Translations under genes and position numbers: made by a program | Source of the DNA: Eledone cirrhosa | Taxonomy: Eukaryota | Direction: 5' to 3' | Assembly: GCA_964016885.1 (NCBI GenBank) | Contig: OZ024741.1 | Span: 99,324,001-99,388,000 of the forward strand | DNA: 64,000 nucleotides | Shown: in pieces, positions 27,385 through 38,268 of the stretch | Layout: each line of letters starts with the position of its first letter | Position numbering within the stretch: the first letter of the stretch is position 1 | The notes under the pieces: generated by a model | Database searches by the model: none | Seen by the model: the letters and a program-made list of their open reading frames with translations, nothing else | What the model was told of the DNA's origin: nothing

Positions 27385-28443
27385 ATGGTTATGGTGTTGT
27401 TGTTGTTAGTGGTGGTGGTGGTGGTGGTGGTGGTAGTGGTGGTAGTGGTGGTGGTGGTGGTTATGGTGTTGTTGTTGTTAGTGGTGGTGGTGGTGGTGGT
27501 GGTGGTGGTGGTGGTGGTAGTGGTGGTGGTGGTGGTGGTGGTGGTGGTTATGGTGTTGTTGTTGTTAGTGGTGGTGGTGGTGGTGGTGGTGGTAGTGGTG
27601 GTGGTGGTGGTGGTTATGGTGTTGTTGTTGTTAGTGGTGGTGGTGGTGGTGGTGGTAGTGGTGGTGGTGGTGGTGGTGGTGGTGGTTATGGTGTTGTTGT
27701 TGTTAGTGGTGGTGGTGGTGGTGGTGGTGGTAGTGGTGGTGGTGGTGGTGGTGGTGGTAGTGGTGGTGGTGTTGTTGTTGTTAGTGGTGGTGGGGGTGGG
27801 GGTGGTAGTGGTGGTGGTGGTGGTGGTGGTGGTGGTAGTGGTGGTGGTGTTGTTGTTGTTAGTGGTGGTGGTGGTGGTGGTAGTGGTGGTGGTGGTGGTG
27901 GTGGTGGTGGTGGTGGTGGTGGTGGTAGTAGTAGTGGTGGTGGTGGTGGTGGTTATGGTGGTGTTGTTAGTGGTGGTGGTGGTGGTAGTAGTGGTGACAG
28001 TAGTGGTGGTGGTGGTGGTGGTGGTGGTGGTGGTGGTGGTGGTGGTGGTAGTAGTAGTGGTGGTGGTGGTGGTGGTTATGGTGTTGTTGTTGTTAGTGGT
28101 GGTGGTGGTGGTGGTGGTGGTGGTGATGGTAGTAGTGGTGACAGTAGTGGTGGTGGTGGTGGTGGTAGTGGTGGTGGTGGTGGTGGTAGTGGTGAGACCA
28201 GTGGTGGTGGTGGTGGTAGTGGTGGTGGTGGTGGTGGTTATGGTGCTGCTGTTTTTGTTGTTGTTGCTGTTGGTGGTGGTGGAGGTGGTGGTTGTGGCGG
28301 TAGTGATGGTGTTGGTGTTGGTGTTGTTGTTGTTGTTGGTGGTGGTGGTGGGGGTGATGGTGGTGGTGGTGGTGGTAGTGGTGGTGCTGATGGTGCTGGT
28401 GGTGATGGTGGTAGTGGTGGCGGTTGTGGTGTTGCTTTTATTG

Positions 28444-28475
<32 letters not shown>

Positions 28476-29035
28476 GGTGGTAGTGGTGGTGGTGGTGGTG
28501 GTGGTGGTGGTAGTGGTGGTGGTGGTGGTAGTAGTAGTGGTGGTGGTGGTGGTGGTTATGGTGGTGTTGTTAGTGGTGGTAGTAGTGGTGACAGTAGTGG
28601 TGGTGGTGGTGGTGGTGGTGGTGGTGGTGGTGGTGGTGGTAGTAGTGGTGACAGTAGTGGTGGTGGTGGTGGTAGTGGTGGTGGTGGTGGTGGTAGTGGT
28701 GAGAGCAGTGGTGGTGGTGGTGGTAGTGGTGGTGGTGGTGGTGGTTATGGTGGTGATGATGGTGCTGCTGTTTTTGTTGTTGTTGCTGTTGATGGTGGTG
28801 GAGGTGGTGGTTGTGGCGGTAGTGATGGTGTTGGTGTTGGTGTTGTTGTTGTTGTTAGTGGTGGTGGGGGTGATGGTGGTGGTGGTGGTGGTAGTGGTGG
28901 TGCTGATGGTGCTGGTGGTGATGGTGGTAGTGGTGGCGGTTGTGGTGTTGCTTTTATTGTTGTTGTTGTTGGTGGTGGTGGTGGTGGTGGTGAGGGGGGG
29001 GGTTACTTGTGGTGGTGGTGGTGGTGGTGGTGATG
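27385..29035. repeat. (GGT)n-based satellite with a higher-order duplication of about 0.5 kb
   Basis: Markers gtgagaccagtgg (about 28191) and gtgagagcagtgg (about 28699), and the gctgctgtttttg and gttgcttttattg blocks, are repeated. Confidence 0.9.
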
Positions 29036-29397
29036 GCGGCGGAACTGCCACTATTGCTGCTGATGATTGTGTTTATTGTGGTGGTAATGGTGCTGGTGTT
29101 GTTGCAGTTGTTGTTATTATTAATGGTGGCGGTAGTGGTAGTAGTAGGTGTAGGTGGAGAGTGGTGTGTTTCTACTCTTGCTAAAACTACGTTATATCTC
29201 TCTCGTATTGTTTATAGATGGCGTTGTTCGTGTTAGCTCTTCCCCCTACCCCCACCCTCACCCTACCTCGGAAACCTTGATCCAACAGAAAATTTATGAT
29301 CAAAGATATTCCATTAATAACCATCCTGTCTCTTGTTCTATTTTTCAGGAGGGGGGGGGGGCAAAAGTGGTATATACAAAAAACCTCCCCGGATATA

Positions 29398-29581
29398 CAG
29401 CTAAAATTCCGGTATAACGAATACCATTATAACGAATTTTTCTGTATAACGACTTTTTTTTCAATCCTCCAGGTAATAACAAACAGACGCTCGATTTGTT
29501 TCGATCGATCTCGTTATAAAGAATGTTTCGTTACAACGAATTTGTATACCCCGTGAGTTTCGTTATAACGGAATTTCACTG
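29398..29581. mobile_element. Pogo/Tigger-like MITE
   Basis: TA-cagctaaaattccggtataacgaa ... ttcgttataacggaatttcactg-TA with internal ataacga repeats. Confidence 0.75.
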
Positions 29582-29780
29582 TATACAAGGAGGCTATTCA
29601 GAGTTGTTGGGGAAATAAAAGACTAGATTAGTGACTTATCTGTTGAATGAGAATGATGGTAATTCTGCCTAAATATATTATTACAATCAATGTCATTTTT
29701 TAATAGAGATGTGTGGATATATTTTATTTTTTTACTTTTCAGAAGTTGATTTGAGTTTCAATAACCAAAAATAAAAGCAA

Positions 29781-29960
29781 ATAATTGTTTCTACATTTGG
29801 CACAAGGCCAGCAATTTCCCAGTGCATTACTGGTACTTTATTTTATCGACCCCGTAAGGGTGAAAAGCAAAGTTGACCTCGGCAAAAATTGAACTCAGAC
29901 TGTAAAGAGCCTAACTCTATGCTGCAAAGCATGGCGTCCGACCTTCTACCGATACTGCCT
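29781..29960 (-). mobile_element. Major tRNA-derived SINE
   Basis: Matches the other copies. Confidence 0.8.
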
Positions 29961-30810
29961 AGCACAAAATCATTACAGCTGTAGCAATCTAGTTAATATG
30001 TTTTAATATATTATATATCAACCCTCTGAAACGATCGTAAAACAATGAACTAATTAAGAACATATCTTCGCCTTTTGTTTTATTTTCATTGTTCAAAACA
30101 TACATATATATATATATATTATATACAATATACATGCACACACGCATATATATATATATACACACAAAGAAAGTGTGGTAAGATACCAGGTGGACCATAA
30201 CGCACCAGAGTACTCGATACTTAGGGTAGTAGAGTGGGTAGCACGAAAACAGTCAGGACCCCCGACGGCCGAGCTCCTGCCGTTTCGACAGCTAGATCCG
30301 CACTAAGCCAGAAGTATTAGAACGGCGGGAATTTAGCTGAACTTATCAAGGGTTACAGTCCATAAATGGGCATGCAGTCAAAACAAAAAAGCAAGAATAT
30401 CAAAGTAAATATATATACATATATATATATATTGTTATGCTTTGGGAGGGTCATGTTGCCAATAAGAAACACACGCACCAGTTGCTTTAACTCCAATTTA
30501 TTCTAAATTAAATTTAGAAATTTAAGAATTTATAAATTTCCGGTTGGTTGGTTGGTTCCATAACCGGACGGTTGTTCATATATTGTTAAAGTTCTTTCGT
30601 CACACATTCTGTGATGGGATTATTTTCTTTGTTTTGTGCCTCTCCTTTGTTCTGTCCTAGCCATCTTGTTTTTGTGTGTGTTGTGTGCTTAGTTTGCTCA
30701 TGTGTTACATCCGGGTGTCTGTGTGTGTTTTTATTTGTTTATTTATTTGTTTATTTACATGTTACTGGTTGGTTGTTTGTTCTATGTGTGTGTGTGTTTT
30801 CATTTTGTCC

Positions 30811-31278
30811 TTAATTGTAAGTTGAGATGCTGCTATTCCATTCATGTTTTCTATTTAATTTTGGTTGGAGTTCATTTATGTTTATTGCCTCTGTGATTTG
30901 TCTAAACATTGCGTCTTTTCTGTGTGTAGATTCTATTTTTATTTCTATGATCTCTAATTTGCCCTTATGTTCTATGTTAGCATGTTGGTGGAGTATTGAT
31001 GATTCTTTTTTATCTTGAAGTTCTCACCAGTGTTCATTTAACCGTTCTCCTATACTACGAGCTGTCTCACCTATGTACACTATATTCTTATCTTTACATT
31101 GTCCTTCAGTACATCTTATGCTATATACTACATTTCTAGTTTTACAGTTAATATGGGGGCTTAGTTTACAGATTATGCATTTCTTATCTATACAGGGAGG
31201 TCTTTGAAAAGGGTATGTATTGCTAATAAGTGTTTTTATGGAGGTACCTGGTCTTTCTACTATCTTAATATAATGATT
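30811..31278 (-). pseudogene. Penelope-type GIY-YIG endonuclease C-terminus
   Basis: CIDKKCIIC...NCKTRNVVYSIRC...VYIGETARSIGERLNEH, one in-frame TGA (CGA in the duplicate), then HQHANIEH...EAININELQPKLN. Confidence 0.85.
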
Positions 31279-31690
31279 AACACTGGCGAGAACTTCAAGA
31301 TAAAAAAGAATCATCAATACTCCACCAACATCCTAAAATAGAACATAAGGGCAAATTAGAGAACATAGAAATAAAAATACAATCTACACACAGAAAAGAC
31401 GCAATGTTTAGATAAATCACAGAGGCAATAAACATAAATGAACTCCAACCAAAATTAAATAGAAAACATGAATGGAATAGCAACATCACAACTTACAATT
31501 AAGGACAAAATGAAAACACACACACACACATAGAACAAACAACCAACCAGTAACATGTAAATAAACAAATAAAAACACACACAGACACCCGGATGTAACA
31601 CATGCGCAAACTAAGCACACAACACACACAAAAACAAGATGGCGTAGGACAGAACAAAGGAGAGGCACAAAACAAAGAAAATAATCTCCA

Positions 31691-31733
31691 GTCACTGAAG
31701 AGGTCACAGAATGTGTGACGAAAGAACTTTGAC
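31691..31733 (+). ncRNA. Penelope pLTR hammerhead ribozyme
   Basis: gtca-CTGAAGA-g-gtcaca(gaatg)tgtgac-GAAA-gaac-TT-tgac. Confidence 0.75.
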
Positions 31734-31955
31734 AATATATAAACAACTATCTGGTTGTGGAACCAACCAACCAACCAGAAATTTATAAATTCCTAAATTT
31801 ATAAATTCCTAAATTTATAAATTTATTATAATAAATTGAAGTGAAAGCAACTGGTGCGTGTGTTTCTTATTGGCAACATGACCCTCCCAAAGTATAACAA
31901 TATCGGTTTCAACACACGTTTTCAGATAAAGAATCTTGCTAAACAAATTCAGAAA

Positions 31956-32036
<81 letters not shown>

Positions 32037-32748
32037 ATACATTAACAGAGAAAGCTTTAAGCAATACTCCGACTGGCTTCCGTCTCACTCAACAAACATT
32101 AGGATATACCTTAGTATAATCCCAATTTTACGTTTGGGGTGCTAACTATACGTATTTTGCGGATAGCCAGTTGTATTATTTTATATGAAACATAATTAAA
32201 ATACATCTCTCTTTCCAAACAATTGTTTCATTATAAGTTTTCTACAAATTGGGAAAATAATGTCCAGGTTATGTAGAAGCCTACACATAGTCCGTAGGAA
32301 TATATGTAGGTGGGTACTTATAAATCATCAGTGGATGCCCGACAAAATATCGATATAAAAAAAACCCTTACCGATATTAATGTTCAGCGATGGTAGCCTT
32401 CTGTTCCAGAATGACCGCCAAATTTGAAATTCCAGCAGTCTCACAATGAGAAATTTCACACTGCCATCAAGCGGAAAGGGGAGGTCATCGCAAAACATAA
32501 TAGAATAAAATAATATGCACGTGGGTCAATTAATTCTTTCAATAATTTTAACCATGCGTGAAGAACTCAATTGTATATAAAAAAATAAATATATGCATGT
32601 ATTATTTATACACGCATATAGGTATTTTCTTAGGCTAAAAACAGAGATAAGATACCGGAAGAACAATCAATATTTCATACAAATAATAAATATGGAAAGT
32701 CATACCTAAAAAGTATCTGGAAATATTCATTCCTGGCCAAATCAAGAG

Positions 32749-32782
<34 letters not shown>

Positions 32783-32837
32783 TGTATGTATGTATGTATG
32801 TATGTATGTATGTATGTATGCATGTATGTATTTATGC

Positions 32838-32929
<92 letters not shown>

Positions 32930-33639
32930 ATGTATGTATGCATGTATGTATGTATCCGGTTTGCAATAGGTACACCATATCTCTGCATGTCGCAAGTGGC
33001 GACTAAAAGGGTTGGCGCCAGGAAGAGCATCCTGCTGTAAAACACTGTCTCAGAAAGGACCCCATGTTGAGTCTGAAGCCTATCATGAGGCTGGCAGTGC
33101 GAACCTTTGATTTAGCTAGACAATTGCCTTAAAGCGTTGGCTGTATTATATATAAAATATATGATGGAATTGAACAATAACCATTTTTCTAGATTTCTCT
33201 AATTTAAATATTAGAGATTACGTTTCTGCAAAAAAGAAACATTTTTCACTGACTCATTTTTTTTCAATTACTCCTTGTTTAAAATAATTTCTGTTTGTTT
33301 GGTTGTATTTTACAGATTAGTAAAAAAAAAAAACATTTTCTAGAAAAAAATCTAATTCTTTTTAACGTTTCAAGAAGGCTTTTTATTCGCAACTCCGTTA
33401 ATATATTTTGTTTTATGAATTAAACATTTATATGAAGAATAAATCGTATAATGTAAACGTATACTGGCTGTATGGCCAAGAAGATCTCTTCGTAACTTTG
33501 TGGTTTGGTTCGTTACCATTGGACAAGTGTTTTCCACGCTAACCTCGGATTAACCGACACCGTGTGTACGAAATTCGAAAGACGGAATGTGTGTGGAAGC
33601 CCACTGTATACATGCATATACATATGTATATATGCATAT

Positions 33640-33832
33640 AGGGCAGTAAATTAGCAGTCATCCGTAGAGTGTCGGACAATATGCTTTACAGCATAGAGTT
33701 ATGGCACTTTACGTTCTGAGTTCAAATCCCGCCGAGGTTAACTTTGCCTTTCATCCTCATGGGGGTCCATAAAATAAAGTACCAGTAATGCACTGGGTAA
33801 TTGATGGCCTCCTGCCAAAAGTCGAAACAACA
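33640..33832 (+). mobile_element. Major tRNA-derived SINE
   Basis: B box and central domain as in the other copies. Confidence 0.8.
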
Positions 33833-33913
33833 TTACATATAGATGTGTGTGTGTGTGACAATACTCACACATGTGTAAGGGGCGCAGCAATACACATGGT
33901 TACTATGCCCGTC

Positions 33914-33958
<45 letters not shown>

Positions 33959-33960
33959 CA

Positions 33961-34258
33961 AAATTAGGTATTAATATGTGCTTACGCCGTATTTGACTAA
34001 ATAAAATTAATCTGTTAGTTGGCATTTTAAAAAACCCTCTGAATGGAAAAAAGGATGAGTATTGACGTACATGGGACACGAACCCACATCTTTGGTTTAC
34101 CGTAGCACATTGGTCCGGCAAACCAAAGATATGGGTTCGTGTCCCGTGTACGTCAATACTCATCCTTTTTCCGAGGTGTTGATCAAACAGAGGGTTTTTT
34201 TTAAATCCTAACTAAATATTATTTAGTCAAATACAGCGTAAGTACATGCTACTACCTA
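33961..34258. mobile_element. Palindromic tRNA-like element, copy 2
   Basis: Same arms and same central spacer as 7658-7954; flanked by (TC)n. Confidence 0.8.
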
Positions 34259-34283
34259 CAATTATAGTTCTCTCTCTCTCTCA

Positions 34284-34360
<77 letters not shown>

Positions 34361-34480
34361 GCTAATCGACTAATTTTCTTAAATTGCATTTGTGATAACA
34401 TTTTACACGTTTTTATTGTATGTAAACTTCCCCCTTTGTATTTGTCCCCTTCTTTTGTGCCCTGTGGCTAATAAAGAAAC
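34361..34480 (+). mobile_element. Tx1 3' tip only
   Basis: Near-identical to 10305-10422; directly follows (TCTA)n. Confidence 0.8.
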
Positions 34481-34489
34481 ATATCTATA

Positions 34490-35955
34490 CTTATATAGCG
34501 TCCGTCATCTACTACCGACTGACCGTCGTGCCTTGCCCAAGGGAAACGCTCGCCAAAATGGAGCGCGCACTCTTCCAATTCCTTTGGAAGAAGCGGGCTC
34601 CTATGGAGAGGAGATCCATCTGCTGTCAACACCCTTCGAAAGGAGGGCTGGGGATGCCGTGGCTAATGATACGTAAACACGCATTAAGGCTACGGCACCT
34701 CCAGGTATTCCTTACCGGTCAACCGGTTTGTGAGGCGAGCCTTTCCCAGACTCGTCTCGCTCACCGAGTTGCAATCCTGGGTCAAGCAAAGACCGAGAAA
34801 ACTGGGCGCCTGGCACACCGAGTGTGCCCAGGCGCTCACGGCTCTCTGGCAGGCGGACCCGGCTGTCAGTGGAAAATCCACCTCGTCATTCTATAGAGGG
34901 CTGGTGGTTAGCAGGTGCGACGACGCCCTCGGAGAAGCCCTAGGCATGGAGGAAGACGAACTGGCCAACCTATTCGGTAGGACATTCAGCCCGGGACCCA
35001 TGGATAACTTCCAGAGGTCCCTGGCCTGGCAGTGCTACCGAGGGGCTCTGCCCGCTCGAGAAAGGCTCTACAGACACGGGCGCCCGGGTAGGGACCCCTC
35101 GAAAAAGATCTGTCCCAGATGCGTGTACGACGAGGAAACCGTTGCACACGCATTGGTACACTGCTCGGGCATTGCCGATCTGTGGGGCTATGTCGAACGA
35201 CTGCTGTCAAGGGTGGGACCGATCCAGTTGACCACCGAGTCTATTGTAACGATCAAGCCGCCCCCCTTCTTCAAAAACGAAGGAGAGGCGGTGTACCTGT
35301 GCGTAATAGCCATGGCGAAACCGTCGCGCACGCATTCATACACTGCCCGGGTGTCACCGACCTGTGGGGCTATGTAGAACGACTATTGTCGCAGGTGGGA
35401 CCAATCCGGTTGACCACCGAGTCCATTGTCATGATCAAACCGCCACCCTCCTTCAAAAACGAAGGTGAGGCGGTTTTCCTTTGTGTGATAGCTATGGCGA
35501 AAGAGGTTGTATGGTTGACGCGTCTGAAAGGACTGAGGTCAGACACCTTTCTCTCTGGTCAACAACTGGTCCGTTTCTTCCGATGTCATTTGGGAAGAAG
35601 GATCAGGATGGAGAGAGAGGTGCTGCACCCCAGCCGTTTTTATGAAAGATGGGTGAAAGTGGCGAGAATGGCCCGTGTGAATGGGCATTCACTCTACATC
35701 AGACTATAGATGAGGAAGATGAAAGATCTCCTGAGGAGAAGGGTTGCACACTTTTTTCGGGGGTGTGTGCGACCCCCCAGGGCGCCTCCTCCCTATTGAG
35801 GATTTTGTTATTAAATTTATTTTTGTTATATTTTATATATTATTTTTTATATCTTGTTATTGCCTCCTCCTTATTGAGGACGCCTTTCTATGTAAACTCC
35901 CCCCATTGTACTTGTCCCACTCTTTGATGCCTTGGTGGCAAATAAAAAGAAAGTT
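34490..35955 (+). mobile_element. 5'-truncated mosaic Tx1 LINE (ORF2 C-terminal region and 3' UTR)
   Basis: GGLGMP motif and a CPRC...ETVAH...HC zinc motif, with the ETVAH-onward segment duplicated; frameshifted; AATAAA tail. Confidence 0.9.
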
Positions 35956-36292
35956 ATCTATCTCTTTCTCTCTCTCACTCTCTCTATCTCTCTATCTATC
36001 TATTTATCTCTTTCTCTCTATTTCTTTTCTCTCTCATCCCCCCCCCCCCCCCCCACACACACATCTCTCTACCAGACGTGTGTAACTTCGCGGAGAAGTT
36101 TTCGTTAATTTATGTAAGAAAAAAACGTGAGTTTTCAGTTAAATTTTATATTATTGTGTAACTTGACCCCCCGTCTGAACCTTCAGGTGGTGGGTCAACT
36201 CATTTTCGCCCCTACAGGGGCGAAATACTCGTTTGAAAAATGTTTTCTCCATCGAATTTTGGAAAAAATATCGTAAGAAGTTTGATTACGTT

Positions 36293-38268
36293 ATGAACGC
36301 TGCGTTCGACGATAATGGTGGTGGAGAGTCGGTAAGACTACATAGCTCGCAGTCAACATCGTCTTCTTCCCTTTCCTTCTCCATAGATACTATTGAGATG
36401 GAAAGACGAAATGAAATTGTAAAAACAAATTCATATCCAAACACAAATGACACCAAACAGTACAATGACAACAAAAATAACAACAACACCAATAATGATG
36501 ATAAAAACAACAATGACAACAACAACAACAAAGAAAAAAATAAAGACAACACCAATAATACCAGCATCAAAGACAACAACAACACCAACACCAACACCAA
36601 GGAAAATACGAACAATATCAACATCAGTGACAACAAGAATAACAACAACAATAATGACAACACCACCAACACGGATAATTCCACAAAGAAACCGAAAAAT
36701 CTCCTTTGCACAGACAGTTCAGAAAAAGGAGGAACTAACATATCTCGACATAACAAATGCCGAACAACTTTTAAAGGACGCTAGGAGATATGTTACTTTC
36801 GAAAAGAATGGTGCTTTCAGCATCAATTCTCCGGTAGAAATTCGCAAGGAAACTGCTCTCAAAACGATAGTTTTTAGGACAGTTTCCAATTCTACTCGAA
36901 AACCAGTCCAATTGTCACAGAAAGAAATTGAACTGGTTTTCAAAAATTCAATGAATGATATTTCATTCATTCAAATAAGCAAACTCTTTGGGAGTATTTC
37001 GGTACTCATGAAGGATCAATTGACGGCCCAAAATTACTCTGTGTCGCCAGTTTTATCCAACCTGTATACCTTTTTCCCTACATACATGAGAAAAAGGACA
37101 CAAAAGATTAGAATCACGAGTGTCACACCAAAGGTAAACATATGGTGGATACTGTGCGGCTTCATCAATTTTGATGAAGACAGAATACTTTCTGTAGGAA
37201 AGTCCCCCAGAAATGTATTCAATGGGACTAGCGTTGAAGTTCTGGTGCAAATGAGCCCAGGGCGAATAGCTATGATCCCACAACGTGTACTCCTGGACGG
37301 GCTCACCTACATAAACTTTTCGGTTGAGGGTAGGCGTCCTTCATGTTACCACTGCTTTAGCAGGGTCACCTGACGGCTTCCTGTCCTAAATTAATGAGTC
37401 AAAAAAAGACTCCTGCCGACACCCATCAAAATAACATAACCACCAACACCACCACAACAACAACAACACCAACACACAAAAATAACCACAACAAACACAG
37501 TCCCACCCAACCCCACTCCACCTAAAACCACTGCAAAATCACATACAGACACAACAGCTCCCAAAGACATACCCCTCCCCAATCACACAGACGATACAAC
37601 AGAAGAGGCTATCTCGCCATCACCCAGTGAAGACGAGGGAGAACCCCATCGCTCGAAAAGAAAGAAAAGACATCACAAAAGCAAAAAACCAGCAAACACT
37701 ACCACAAACATACAATCACCAACACAAACAACAAAAACATCACAACAAAACCCCCACCTCCTGAAAACAAAATACCTACAACAAAACGAAAGCACACACA
37801 AGAACTAAGACAAAAACAAACACAACACAAATAAATTACACTTACACTTAAATAAACACTGAAAACAAAACACTAATGGCGACCATTACGAACAACCCTT
37901 CGGTTTTCACCGAAGGGAAAACTTTCGCCCACTCTATTAAAAATAACAAAAGACTGAACCTAAAACTGATTAGGGTCCCTATACAAATTTATAGGTCCCT
38001 AAAAGAAACATTTGAAAAGGATGTGGGGAATTCCTGCGTGAAACCACTTAACCGCGTCCTTCTCAAATGTCTCCCCACCCCAGACACCCCCATCCCACCA
38101 GACCCCACCCCACCAAACATCTCCGTCCCCACCCCGCCGGAAACCACCACCCACCCAGACACCCCCTCCAACACACCCATGGAAATCGTGCAGACTGGTC
38201 CCCTGGGACGTAGGGTGAGTGATTTCTTTTCCTCGTTTAACTTTTCAGCACCAACATGGCCAATATAA
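36293..38268 (+). pseudogene. Tx1 ORF1, gag-like CCHC zinc-knuckle protein, frameshifted
   Basis: VEGRRPSCYHCFSR..GH..SCPK across a frameshift near 37360; homologous to family B ORF1; Asn-rich N-terminus and Pro/Thr-rich linker. Confidence 0.85.

Larger units (their letters stand above)
30431..31930. mobile_element. Penelope-like element 3' portion with inverted pLTR-like duplication
   Basis: 30431-31030 is the reverse complement of 31281-31900; GIY-YIG coding region and hammerhead are present. Confidence 0.9.

Noticed and set aside
26937-29184. 704-aa poly-Thr and 599-aa poly-Val ORFs resembling a mucin
   Set aside because: Translations of a (GGT)n satellite that is open on both strands; no signal peptide, domain or splice evidence.
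36690-36705. Programmed frameshift in ORF1, since both family A copies break frame at this A-run
   Set aside because: The two copies shift into different frames and family B is in frame through the homologous region, so homopolymer indels or sequencing error are more likely.
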